Program-made: the position numbers and the translations under genes | From: Candidatus Tayloriibacteriota bacterium | GTDB taxonomy: Bacteria > Patescibacteriota > Minisyncoccia > Phycocordibacterales > PALSA-1337 | Length of the DNA: 64,000 bases | Direction of reading: 5' to 3' | Assembly (NCBI GenBank): GCA_943350765.1 | Contig: CALRAJ010000001.1 | Span: 191,066 to 255,065, forward strand | Notes under the pieces: model-generated | Database searches by the model: none | What the model was told of the DNA's origin: nothing | Seen by the model: only the letters and a program-made list of their open reading frames with translations | Part shown: positions 39,023 to 48,236 of the stretch, one piece after another | How the letters are laid out: each line of letters starts with the position of its first letter | Position numbering within the stretch: the stretch's first letter is position 1

Positions 39023-40498
39023 TTATTCAATAATCCCTCCACCGAGACAGACTTCCCAGTCATAGAGTACGAGGGACTGACCTGGGGAAATACTTTCTGG
39101 TGGTTTATCAAAAGCCACCTGCAATGTTTCATCTGTGTATACGATTATTTTGCATACGAAAAGTGCCTGACGATACCTAGATCTTGCAGTATAAGGATAA
39201 TTTATTTTTATTTCAGCTGGATTTAGGATATTAACTTTTATAAGTTTAATTTTTAGAATATCCCTACTAGACTGATGCATCTGAGTAAATGATGACACTG
39301 TGATCGTATTCCTGGACATGTCCTTTGAAACCACATAATAAGCCTCGTCATGTGTCGTCTTTTTGGTAATAGTAAAACCATGCCTTTCTCCGATAGTAAA
39401 AAAAGTTGCTCCATCATGAAAACCAATCACACCGCCATCGCTTGACAGAACATCCCCTCGCACAGGCTCTATATATCTCTTGAGAAAGTCCTTTACATCT
39501 ACCTTGCCTATAAAACAAAGTCCTTGACTGTCTTTTTTATCTGCATTAGCTAGTCCAAACTTTTCAGCGTATTTCCGTACCTCAGGCTTTTCCAAATCAC
39601 CAACAGGAAAAAGGGTGTGGGCTAGCTGATCGGCAGTCAGTGTCCAGAGAAAATATGATTGATCTTTGTTGGTATCAAGGGCAGTCAAAAGTCGAAAGTC
39701 AAAAGTACCCAGTCTATCATTCTTTGTGTCGCTTACGACTCGTACCTTTTGACTTTTGACTTGCTCAATCCGTGCATAATGCCCTGTCGCCACATAGTCC
39801 GCTCCTTGTGCCATAGCCCATTTATAAAACCCACCAAATTTTACATATTTATTACACATCACATCAGGGTTTGGAGTCCGTCCGAGGCGGTACTCGGCAA
39901 TCATATAGTCCACCACTTCCTGCTTGTATTCCTCCTCGAGATCAAGGGTGATAAATGGTATACCGAGCTTTGCAGCCACCCTCATAGCATCGAGCCTATC
40001 TTCACGCCATGTACAAGTAAACCACTCTGGTTGCCAGACCTTGATAAACACCCCCGTCACATTATATCTAGCCTTTTTAAGTAATACTGCCGAAACTGAT
40101 GAATCTACGCCTCCAGACATACCGACGAAGACCTTAGGTTTAAGAGTGGTATCGGTATTCTTGTGTTTAGTCCAAATTCTTTCCATTTTCATTTGATTAA
40201 TCGGACCGAGCATGGCACCCACATTAAAGGTTCCGGGAAGGTCTTTTCTGCTGATTTCCCGTTCCTCAATTTTGTTAGGGAATGGTATGGTGGCGAAAAT
40301 CTTGATATTCTCACCTTCTACGACCACTTCATCGATTATAAGCTTGATAATATCTTTTTTTAGCCGTTCTGTCACGATTTTCGGATCGTTTATCTTACTC
40401 AAAAACCTGTGGCAAGTTTCTTGAAAAAGTTCGATCCTTGCATTCACATTATGCTGAACATTCAGCTTATTCATCAGTCCATCTCTTTCGCTGATCAA
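39023..40498 (-). CDS. mnmA: tRNA-specific 2-thiouridylase MnmA (the ORF has an N-terminal extension of about 100 aa; the true start is possibly the internal ATG near 40192)
   Basis: PP-loop KVFVGMSGGVDSSVSA, then ...CNKYVKFG...ATGHYARI... and the C-terminal MnmA domains. The in-frame extension upstream of MKMERIW has no recognisable domain. Confidence 0.75.
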   Translation of the reverse strand: MISERDGLMNKLNVQHNVNARIELFQETCHRFLSKINDPKIVTERLKKDIIKLIIDEVVVEGENIKIFATIPFPNKIEEREISRKDLPGTFNVGAMLGPINQMKMERIWTKHKNTDTTLKPKVFVGMSGGVDSSVSAVLLKKARYNVTGVFIKVWQPEWFTCTWREDRLDAMRVAAKLGIPFITLDLEEEYKQEVVDYMIAEYRLGRTPNPDVMCNKYVKFGGFYKWAMAQGADYVATGHYARIEQVKSQKVRVVSDTKNDRLGTFDFRLLTALDTNKDQSYFLWTLTADQLAHTLFPVGDLEKPEVRKYAEKFGLANADKKDSQGLCFIGKVDVKDFLKRYIEPVRGDVLSSDGGVIGFHDGATFFTIGERHGFTITKKTTHDEAYYVVSKDMSRNTITVSSFTQMHQSSRDILKIKLIKVNILNPAEIKINYPYTARSRYRQALFVCKIIVYTDETLQVAFDKPPESISPGQSLVLYDWEVCLGGGIIE

Positions 40499-40553
40499 CT
40501 TTTATTCGCTTAGCTCAATAAGTTTTTGATGGTGATTTCCTGTGGCATATTAC

Positions 40554-41846
40554 TTAAGGTTTCTTATCGAGAAGCCATTTCCAGAGTGGTTTGAATTGTA
40601 TAGTCTTCCCGTCTTTTTTCACTTCTCGTTCCTCGTCCCATGTGAGTATGGTAAGCGTGTCTACATTTAATTCACCGCTTGCTTCAAATAGGGCTCTTGT
40701 TTCTCTCTGCTCGACATCTGAATTTATTGACTCATAGCAAACTTGTATCAGTTCGGTTACCACATGTCCTTGCTTGAGTACAAAATCGACTTCGCGTTCA
40801 TTACGAGTCTTATAATAGAACAATTCTCTATTTGGTTTAGCTCCACGCTTGACCAATTCAGTAAAGACCAAGTTTTCCATTAGTTTGCCTTTATCAGGAG
40901 AGTGTTGTACTGCTTTGGCAATTATAAAACCGTTATCAACAGCATAAACCTTTCGGGGAGATTTTATACGTTCCATTGATTTTGGAGAGTATCGTAGTAG
41001 AGAAAAGACTAGATACGCTTCCTCAAGATAATTTATATATTTCTCTATGGTTGTAGTGCTCTTTAAATTCAAAGCCTCCATCAGTTTTCTAACTGTATAT
41101 AAACTAGAAAAATTGTTTATCAGATGATTGGCTAGATTGCTTACCTGAGTTGAGAATTTAACTCTATGTCTTTTGACCACATCCTTGAAAAGTACTGCAT
41201 CAAGAAGAACATCAAGATAGTCTTTGGGGTCGACATTGCTTACCGCCACCTCGGGAAATCCACCGTTGAGCAGATAGTTCTCCGTAAGATTCAGAAGCTC
41301 GCCTCGTTGTCGTGGCAAAGAAGAGTATTCCTGATTTATTTGAAATTTTTTTGATCGAAGAAATTCATTGAAATCAAACGGTAGTATTTCTATGGGCATA
41401 TGTCTGCCAGTAAGGTGTGTAGCAAGTTCTTTCGAAAGCAATTGTGCGTTGGACCCAGTGAGTACCAAATTGTATCCGCCTCGGTGCAGACGATTTGCAA
41501 ATAACTCCCAACTTGGCAAGTTTTGAATCTCGTCAAATAAAATGGTTTTTACATCACTGCCATAAGTGGCGTGCAGTTCTTTCATTAGTTCATCCGTAGA
41601 TATGCCCCCCACACTCGACAATACTTCATCATCGAAATTGAAGTACATAAACGGACGGTCTTTCAAAAGTACGAGCGAAAATATTGATTTTCCAGCTCGT
41701 CTGGGACCGAGAACTACTTTTATCAAACTAGAATCCAGCCATTTTTTAGCAAATGGTTCTTTGGTTCGATCTATATAAGCAAGAGCTAAAAGCTCCTCTT
41801 TTTGTAGTTTTTGACCAGAAACTATATCTTTTAGGTTATTTTGCAT
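40554..41846 (-). CDS. AAA-family ATPase with a C-terminal DUF4143-like region
   Basis: Walker A (GPRRAGKS) and Walker B (ILFDEIQ). Length is about 430 aa, and the architecture is typical of the AAA_14/DUF4143 proteins. Confidence 0.6.
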   Translation of the reverse strand: MQNNLKDIVSGQKLQKEELLALAYIDRTKEPFAKKWLDSSLIKVVLGPRRAGKSIFSLVLLKDRPFMYFNFDDEVLSSVGGISTDELMKELHATYGSDVKTILFDEIQNLPSWELFANRLHRGGYNLVLTGSNAQLLSKELATHLTGRHMPIEILPFDFNEFLRSKKFQINQEYSSLPRQRGELLNLTENYLLNGGFPEVAVSNVDPKDYLDVLLDAVLFKDVVKRHRVKFSTQVSNLANHLINNFSSLYTVRKLMEALNLKSTTTIEKYINYLEEAYLVFSLLRYSPKSMERIKSPRKVYAVDNGFIIAKAVQHSPDKGKLMENLVFTELVKRGAKPNRELFYYKTRNEREVDFVLKQGHVVTELIQVCYESINSDVEQRETRALFEASGELNVDTLTILTWDEEREVKKDGKTIQFKPLWKWLLDKKP

Positions 41847-41883
41847 AGTATTTTACTTACACTGGGCAAAATAGGTTGTTTTT

Positions 41884-41908
41884 GACCAGTACAGATAGTA
41901 TACTGGTC
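41884..41908. promoter_or_regulatory. Palindrome GACCAGTA-CAGATAGTA-TACTGGTC in the divergent promoter region
   Basis: An 8-bp perfect inverted repeat centred between the divergently transcribed AAA ATPase and PrimPol-helicase genes. Confidence 0.35.
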
Positions 41909-41962
41909 AGGATTGGGGACGTCAACAAACAATGTGGGTAATCGAAAAATACCCTAAATTTT

Positions 41963-44116
41963 ATGATTTCTATCACCGAACAACATCTTGAGTTATTTAT
42001 ATCGCTGTTCCGAGGAAGAACGGATGTGTATGCGCGTCGGTGGGAAAAAGAAGGTCGGTCTGGATACAGCCCAGCATATGAATTTAATTGGGATGAGTTC
42101 ATGACACATAAGCGACGTGGTGGCTCGATGAAAGATTTTGAAAATAAGAGACTGATACCGCTGACTCGAGATGTTATTAGAAAACATCTTATTGGTCAGC
42201 ATGTGATTGGCATATATCCTATCCTGCCCGAAAACACATCGTACTTTATTGCGGCTGATTTTGATGGTGAAAATTGGTTGAACGATAGTAAGAATTTTCT
42301 TGTAGTTTGTGTAGAAGCAGGATTATCGGCATATCTTGAACAATCGCGCTCTGGAAATGGCGGTCATGTTTGGATTTTCTTTTCCGAAGCATATCCATGC
42401 TATAAAAGTCGGCAAGTTGCACTTGAACTTATTCGTAAGGCCTTTGATGTTTCTGAATTTGAAAAAGATGTTAGCTTTGATCGTTTATTCCCAAATCAAG
42501 ACACCTTGAGCAAAGCTGGTTTTGGTAATCTTATTGCTCTCCCCCTTCAAGGAAAATCGGTGGAAAATAGCAATGCTGTTTTTATTGATCCAGAGACAGC
42601 AAAACCATTTCCTGATCAATGGCAGTTTCTTGCTGATATCAAAAGACACACTGTTACTGAATTGGATTCAATACACCAAGAAATCTTTGCAGACACTGGA
42701 AAGCCAGTGTTAAAAACACGATCTGATAATGTATTAGAAATTTTTGTAAGTAATCAAATCAATTTAAGAAGAGCAGAACTTACTCCTACACTCATTCATT
42801 TTCTCAAAGCGGAACTCAATTTTCTTAATACTGAATATCTAACTAAACTAAGGTTGGGAAAATCAGTCTATGGTGTAGAAAAATACTTTAAATTGATTGA
42901 TGAAGAAGGTGACATCGTTTCCTTGCCTCGTGGGTTTTTACAAAAACTTGTCAACTTTCTCAAAGAAAATAATATCGCCTATAAAATACGATTTAATATC
43001 CCCTCTTTTGAGGAAACTCATTATAAAAGTCAAATAGAATTAAAGCCATCACAAATACCAATTATAGAGACAGCTACACAATCTGATCAAGGTGTAATTG
43101 TTGCTCCATCCGGCAGTGGCAAAACTATTATCGGCTTGGAACTCATGGCTCGTAAGCAATTACCAGCTCTTATTCTTGTCCATCGTAAGCAGTTACTAGA
43201 TCAATGGATTGAAAGAATACAGTCGTTTTTAGGAATTACAAAACTACATATTGGCCAATATTCGGGAACAAAGAAAAAGTTAGGCAAGCAGATAACCATC
43301 GGTTTATTGCAGAGCCTAGCTCGTAAAGGTGACGTGTCAGAATTTAGAGATAAATTTGGCACAATTATCGTAGACGAATGCCATCATATTCCAGCAGCTA
43401 CTTTTCGAAAAGTCATCGCACAACTCAATCCAAAATATATTTATGGCCTTACTGCTACACCAAAACGAAAACATAACGATGAAAAATTGATCTACGCCTA
43501 TATAGGCGAGATTATTGCTCACATGGAAGCTTTAGATACTACTCCGATTTCCAATCTCCCCTATCAATCACCAGAAATTTTAATCCGCACAACAAATTTG
43601 GCTGTACCCTTTAAGTTTTCTACTGACCATTTTCAACTCTTAGCTAAAGTCGTTTGTTTTGATACCACCAGAAATCAGATGATCATTGAGGATATTTTAA
43701 GTAAAGTTACTGATAACAAAAAATTGCTTGTGTTGAGCGAGCGTAAAGAGCATTTGGAAATTTTGGCTATGTACCTCAAAGGCAAATGCGAGACAATCGT
43801 TATTTCAGGAGATGATTCTGCTCCTAAAAGAAAATCGAAACTCAAACAGATTGAGTCCGGACATTATCAAGTCATTTTTTCCACGGGCCAGTTTTTTGGC
43901 GAAGGTCTGGATATTAGAAGTATTTCTTGTCTCATCTTGGCGTTTCCGTTTTCGTTTGAAGGTAAACTTGTTCAATATATGGGGCGTCTCCGAGATATCG
44001 GGGTTCAGAAAATAATCATTGACTATCGAGATACACAGATTCCATTTTTGGAGAAACAGTTCAAACAACGCGAACGATATTATAAAAAGCTTAAAGCTCA
44101 GATAAAATTTGCTTAA
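41963..44116 (+). CDS. Primase-polymerase (PrimPol/AEP) N-terminal domain fused to an SF2 DExH-box helicase
   Basis: N-terminal domain has IGIYPI...YFIAADFDGE (DxD) and SRSGNGGHVWIFF (sGxGxH), the hallmarks of bifunctional Prim-Pol. C-terminal domain has Walker A VIVAPSGSGKT, DECH box IIVDECHH, motif III LTATP and helicase-C motifs (FSTGQFFGEGLDI, QYMGRLRD). Confidence 0.65.
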   Translation: MISITEQHLELFISLFRGRTDVYARRWEKEGRSGYSPAYEFNWDEFMTHKRRGGSMKDFENKRLIPLTRDVIRKHLIGQHVIGIYPILPENTSYFIAADFDGENWLNDSKNFLVVCVEAGLSAYLEQSRSGNGGHVWIFFSEAYPCYKSRQVALELIRKAFDVSEFEKDVSFDRLFPNQDTLSKAGFGNLIALPLQGKSVENSNAVFIDPETAKPFPDQWQFLADIKRHTVTELDSIHQEIFADTGKPVLKTRSDNVLEIFVSNQINLRRAELTPTLIHFLKAELNFLNTEYLTKLRLGKSVYGVEKYFKLIDEEGDIVSLPRGFLQKLVNFLKENNIAYKIRFNIPSFEETHYKSQIELKPSQIPIIETATQSDQGVIVAPSGSGKTIIGLELMARKQLPALILVHRKQLLDQWIERIQSFLGITKLHIGQYSGTKKKLGKQITIGLLQSLARKGDVSEFRDKFGTIIVDECHHIPAATFRKVIAQLNPKYIYGLTATPKRKHNDEKLIYAYIGEIIAHMEALDTTPISNLPYQSPEILIRTTNLAVPFKFSTDHFQLLAKVVCFDTTRNQMIIEDILSKVTDNKKLLVLSERKEHLEILAMYLKGKCETIVISGDDSAPKRKSKLKQIESGHYQVIFSTGQFFGEGLDIRSISCLILAFPFSFEGKLVQYMGRLRDIGVQKIIIDYRDTQIPFLEKQFKQRERYYKKLKAQIKFA

Positions 44117-44240
44117 TATTGCTTAAGTTAAGCAAATCGTAGCAAGCTCTCAGAATTCGTTCGCAGTCGTTTTCGGTTTCTGAATCGGTACAAATCTCTT
44201 ACTCTCGGCACAAAACTCGCCACACGGGCAACTACGGGGT

Positions 44241-44425
44241 AATAAAGTTTAGTCTCGTCCTATCCCCGTAGCAAGCTATACCCTCGGACTACCTCGGCGG
44301 GGTATTAGGCGAGACATCTGGGTAAACTTTGTTGTATAGGTGTCGGCTCCGCCGACTTCATCCTCATTCTTGCGGATTCATCCCCGCGGCAAGCCGTCGG
44401 GGTATTCTCCACAATTACAATAAAC
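44241..44425 (+). ncRNA. Conserved structured element of about 185 nt, copy 1 (unknown class)
   Basis: About 93% identical to 55016-55199 in the same orientation. Internal complementary segments include AAAGTTTAG/TAAACTTTG, GTCTCGTCC/GGCGAGAC, CCCCG/CGGGG and GTCGG/CCGAC. No ORF. Confidence 0.4.
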
Positions 44426-44599
44426 TAAATACAAAAAAGCCCGAGTGGGCGATTTTTGTTTACATTTCCTTTTCTTGTTTATCTCCTAACCAAAGCGTGG
44501 TCGATCCCTAGCTGAATCTTTAGCCCTTCATTGGTGCATGTCACTACAAAGACTTTTTCATTAGTTTCAAAATACCACTTTTTACCCAGTCTTGTCAAT

Positions 44600-45538
44600 T
44601 TACCTCAGGTACCTATTTTTATTTGCTACATGCTCCTCAAAAGTTCTAGCGTAGTGCATCTCCCCTTTTTTATCTGAAAGATAGTATAAATAGGGAGTTT
44701 TGATAGGAGTTATTGCAGAAGAAATAGAATCTATTCCGGGGTTGGTAATAGGTGTAGGTGGCAGGCCTCTGTATAAATACAAATTGTACGGCGAATCTAT
44801 TTTTAAATCCTCTAAGGAAATATCCTCACCCTTCTTTTTGCCTTCTATATAAGCAAAAGTCACATCTACCTGAAGTGGCATTCCTATTGAAATTCGTTTC
44901 CATAAAATCCCAGCGATAATTCTCCTAGACTCTGTTGTTCGAGCCTCTTCTTCAAGAATCGAAGCCATCTTTATAACATCAGTCAATGGTTTAGCAAAAA
45001 CCTTCAAATCATTACTCATAGCAGCGACTCTCCTATCGAAATTGGCCAGCATCATATCAACCACTTCCTCCGCACTCACACTCGGCAAAATGTAATAGGT
45101 ATCCGGAAAGAGATAGCCCTCGTGTTTCTTTGCAATCTTAATAAATTCATCATACTTGAAACTTATTGAGTATTTTTCTAAAATACGCCCCACATCAACA
45201 ACTGTTGTTCCCTCTGGAATAGTAACTTTTATGGGAGTTAAACCGTATTCCCCAGTAGTTATTCTCGAAGCAATCTGTATTAGGTTTAAAGGTTTTTTAA
45301 AAATATAAACACCAGAGGCTAGATTTCCTTGATTTCCAGACGCAACGACCACCAACTTAAACAAAAAAGCCGACCTTATAACATGTTTCTCAGCTAGAGA
45401 GTTTGCGACACTAGAAAGTCCAGACCCTTTTGAAATGACAAAATAATCTCCCTTGGGAAAGGAGTCTGGTGCACGAATACCAATCAAGGAAAAAACAAAA
45501 AAAACCAAGACAATGTAGAGGATTACTTTTTTCCTCAT
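44600..45538 (-). CDS. mltG: Endolytic murein transglycosylase MltG (YceG family)
   Basis: N-terminal TM helix. Motifs EGYLFPDTYY and ...LYRGLPPTPITNPG... are characteristic of YceG/MltG. Confidence 0.75.
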   Translation of the reverse strand: MRKKVILYIVLVFFVFSLIGIRAPDSFPKGDYFVISKGSGLSSVANSLAEKHVIRSAFLFKLVVVASGNQGNLASGVYIFKKPLNLIQIASRITTGEYGLTPIKVTIPEGTTVVDVGRILEKYSISFKYDEFIKIAKKHEGYLFPDTYYILPSVSAEEVVDMMLANFDRRVAAMSNDLKVFAKPLTDVIKMASILEEEARTTESRRIIAGILWKRISIGMPLQVDVTFAYIEGKKKGEDISLEDLKIDSPYNLYLYRGLPPTPITNPGIDSISSAITPIKTPYLYYLSDKKGEMHYARTFEEHVANKNRYLR

Positions 45539-46740
45539 ATTGGCAGATTTGATGGGGCATCCGACTTTTTCGATGGAATCCTTGCGAGGTTTGGTGTTTG
45601 AGCCACGCTCCCAGGGAAGTGAAAGATGGTTGCTAGTTCCTCAGTCATAAGAATAAAGGGCTTTTCGGCAAAATACTTGTGTGGAGAATGAAAATAAGAT
45701 CTGGTGCGATACGCATCAAATATTTCTTTCTTGGCTGATAAAGTTTTACCACCTCCAAAATCCTGCCACGGATATTCATACCCACTGAGCCAACCTCGCT
45801 TGATTCCGTTTAAGTAATTTGAAGAATACTGACGAAATGCACCGTTCAAAGTGCCTGGTCGATTTTTATTAAATGAATCCTTGTCCGCAAGGTAAATACC
45901 ACGAATAGCACAGTCAAATGGAAACTTGCTGATACTACGCTCAATCGCTGCAATTTTCTCAATCTGTCCTTTTGTTGGATTTGGAAAACCGGGGTAATCT
46001 TTGTCTGTTTTTGGTGTAGCTTCGGCTCGTATCTTTTCGATTTCCTCTTTTGCCTCAGTCTGCCAATCTTTAGTCTTGAATAAATGACCTTCCTTCAAAC
46101 CCCTAGGCTTATGAGCCTGTATCAAAATCTGTATCCACATTTGCTCTCCTTTTTTGAGGGAACCCATTGACTCTAGGGTTGATGTGAGAGGGTCAATCTT
46201 AAACTCTTCTTTTGGATCCTTGTCCATACCATAATCAATATATGTTTTTATGGGATACACATCTGGTGCAGTGAGCTTGAAGCAAGCACCGAACAAATCT
46301 ACACGCGATGGGTCAAATATAAAACGAGATGTATAATCAGGAACTTCGTATATTTCCACAGTAGGGTATTGTGAGTATATCTGAGCTTCGATCAAATCCT
46401 TAAACTTTGATTGTGTCCAGATAAAAAAACGAATCTTACCCTCATCTGATACAATTTCGCAAGAAAACCAAGGACGAACCTTTCCATGGATATATGTTTC
46501 TAGCCAATTACCATCAGAAGGCATGTACAAAGCAGTAAATACTACCTCCATAGCAAGTGGTGACTTTAGTATTTCTCGAGGTATTTTGATTTCGAGAAGT
46601 GTACTGCCCTGTTTGATATTATAGCTCGTCCGAATGTATTTTATCCATATTTCAATAAATGCAAAGGCTACAAAAAGCAAAAGTACATAAGGCCAAATTA
46701 AACTAACATAAGACAAAACAGAATCCATGAGTAAATCCAT
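45535..46740 (-). CDS. Hypothetical membrane-anchored protein (401 aa)
   Basis: N-terminal TM helix. It overlaps the mltG start by 4 nt (translationally coupled). No recognisable motif. Confidence 0.4.
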   Translation of the reverse strand: MDLLMDSVLSYVSLIWPYVLLLFVAFAFIEIWIKYIRTSYNIKQGSTLLEIKIPREILKSPLAMEVVFTALYMPSDGNWLETYIHGKVRPWFSCEIVSDEGKIRFFIWTQSKFKDLIEAQIYSQYPTVEIYEVPDYTSRFIFDPSRVDLFGACFKLTAPDVYPIKTYIDYGMDKDPKEEFKIDPLTSTLESMGSLKKGEQMWIQILIQAHKPRGLKEGHLFKTKDWQTEAKEEIEKIRAEATPKTDKDYPGFPNPTKGQIEKIAAIERSISKFPFDCAIRGIYLADKDSFNKNRPGTLNGAFRQYSSNYLNGIKRGWLSGYEYPWQDFGGGKTLSAKKEIFDAYRTRSYFHSPHKYFAEKPFILMTEELATIFHFPGSVAQTPNLARIPSKKSDAPSNLPI

Positions 46741-46858
46741 AATAGATATTATAGCCTATAGTATATATTTTTGGTAGTAGACCAAATCGACAACCCACAA
46801 ATAAGAAAATCAGCTGTAAATTTAGCTGATTTTCCTTACACTTCTATAATTTAAAACT

Positions 46859-47890
46859 TTATTTAGATACCGAATACTTTGACTCCTTATCCTTTGTAAA
46901 ATGCTTTGGATTTTGAAGGTTTACCATAATTGTATTCTCTTTTACATATCTTTCCTTTAGAACCTTTTCAATAATATCCTCCTTTGGTAATGGACCATGC
47001 TTTTCGATGATCTTTTTTATCACATCTTTTACCACACCGCTCATATAGCCCCACTCAGCTAGGGCATATAGACCACGACCCACAAGTACAAAGCGAGGAT
47101 CCTTAATAAGCTCATTATGACATGTCGCTACATGAGCCTTTTTGTTAAAAACTTGAGAAATAGTTTTTGCAACATCTTTAAAATGGATTGGTGAGCCGTG
47201 TCGTCGAATAACTAAAAATGCGTAGTCTCGCATACCTTTTGTTTTTATGTTTGGAGAATGAGAAACACCCCATTCACCGAGTGGATTTTTGCCTATCGAT
47301 TTTGATAAATCTAACCAACGCTTCAAAACCTCCTGATTTTTGTATTTCTCTGAAATCTCCTTAGTATGTTCCAGAAATGAAGATATCATCTCTGACTCTG
47401 AAACAAGGTCATTCGTACTCAGCCCAGCATAAAGCTTTTTTAATGATCCTTCTACACTATCTGAAAGCTTTTCATCAACATACCATCTGTGACGAAAATG
47501 ATCGTCTTCCTTGCGTCGCTTAAACGAATCACCGATAACAAGGAGAAAGTTGATGTTATTTTGAGTACTTTCGTCTTTTGAAATATGTCCTAGAAGATCA
47601 TCCTCGACTACGATACCACCGAGTGAATGAAGTAACCCCTCGAGTTCCTCGAAGCTTGCTTTTTCAGCTTTATACGCATCAGATTTTCGAATATTATTTA
47701 TGGCATAATTTTCAATCTGACGAACCCTCTCCCGAGTAATACCGTAAATATCCCCAATGGCTTCGAGGGTCATTCTTTCGACTTTTTTACCTAGTCCATA
47801 TCGATTTACAATCACTTCACGGGCACGATCTGGTAAAGCTCCTAAAAGCCTCTTGACTACTTGTTTTGGTTTAAATTGAATAGTTGCCAT
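46859..47890 (-). CDS. Protein with an N-terminal sigma-70 region 4-like HTH; remainder unknown
   Basis: N-terminus ...LPDRAREVIVNRYGLGKKVERMTLEAIGDIYGITRERVRQIENYA closely resembles sigma-70 region 4.2. No regions 2 or 3 are present. The C-terminal 250 aa are uncharacterised. Confidence 0.5.
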   Translation of the reverse strand: MATIQFKPKQVVKRLLGALPDRAREVIVNRYGLGKKVERMTLEAIGDIYGITRERVRQIENYAINNIRKSDAYKAEKASFEELEGLLHSLGGIVVEDDLLGHISKDESTQNNINFLLVIGDSFKRRKEDDHFRHRWYVDEKLSDSVEGSLKKLYAGLSTNDLVSESEMISSFLEHTKEISEKYKNQEVLKRWLDLSKSIGKNPLGEWGVSHSPNIKTKGMRDYAFLVIRRHGSPIHFKDVAKTISQVFNKKAHVATCHNELIKDPRFVLVGRGLYALAEWGYMSGVVKDVIKKIIEKHGPLPKEDIIEKVLKERYVKENTIMVNLQNPKHFTKDKESKYSVSK

Positions 47891-48154
47891 AAATAATTAT
47901 TACTTAAATAAATCCAGGCATGGCCTGTATGTTACTATATGTATATCATTATAGTATACCTAAGTCAAGGAAGTGTCGAGGGCTTCTCAGTGAACCCAAA
48001 AAGGCCTATCGGTTAGGGATAGGCATCTGTAGACGAAGCCCTCGTATTTCTTTGGTAATAAATCTCTCAAGTCTCCTTCGCCACGCTGTAGCGTACTCGC
48101 GGAAGCGGGACTGCCCGTCTCCGAAGTCTCTTTTTTTGGTTCACTGCTACGCAA

Positions 48155-48190
48155 CAGACACGATTTTTCTACTGAAAAATCGTGTCTGTG
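48155..48190 (-). terminator. Hairpin ACAGACACGATTTTTC-TACT-GAAAAATCGTGTCTGT downstream of leuS (TTTCTACTGAAA-core family)
   Basis: 16-bp stem, followed on the minus strand by a T-rich tract (AAAAAAAGAGACTT on plus). Confidence 0.45.
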
Positions 48191-48236
48191 AGAATTCGAT
48201 TTTCTTCGATTTTATTCTTAAATCTACCCTACTACA

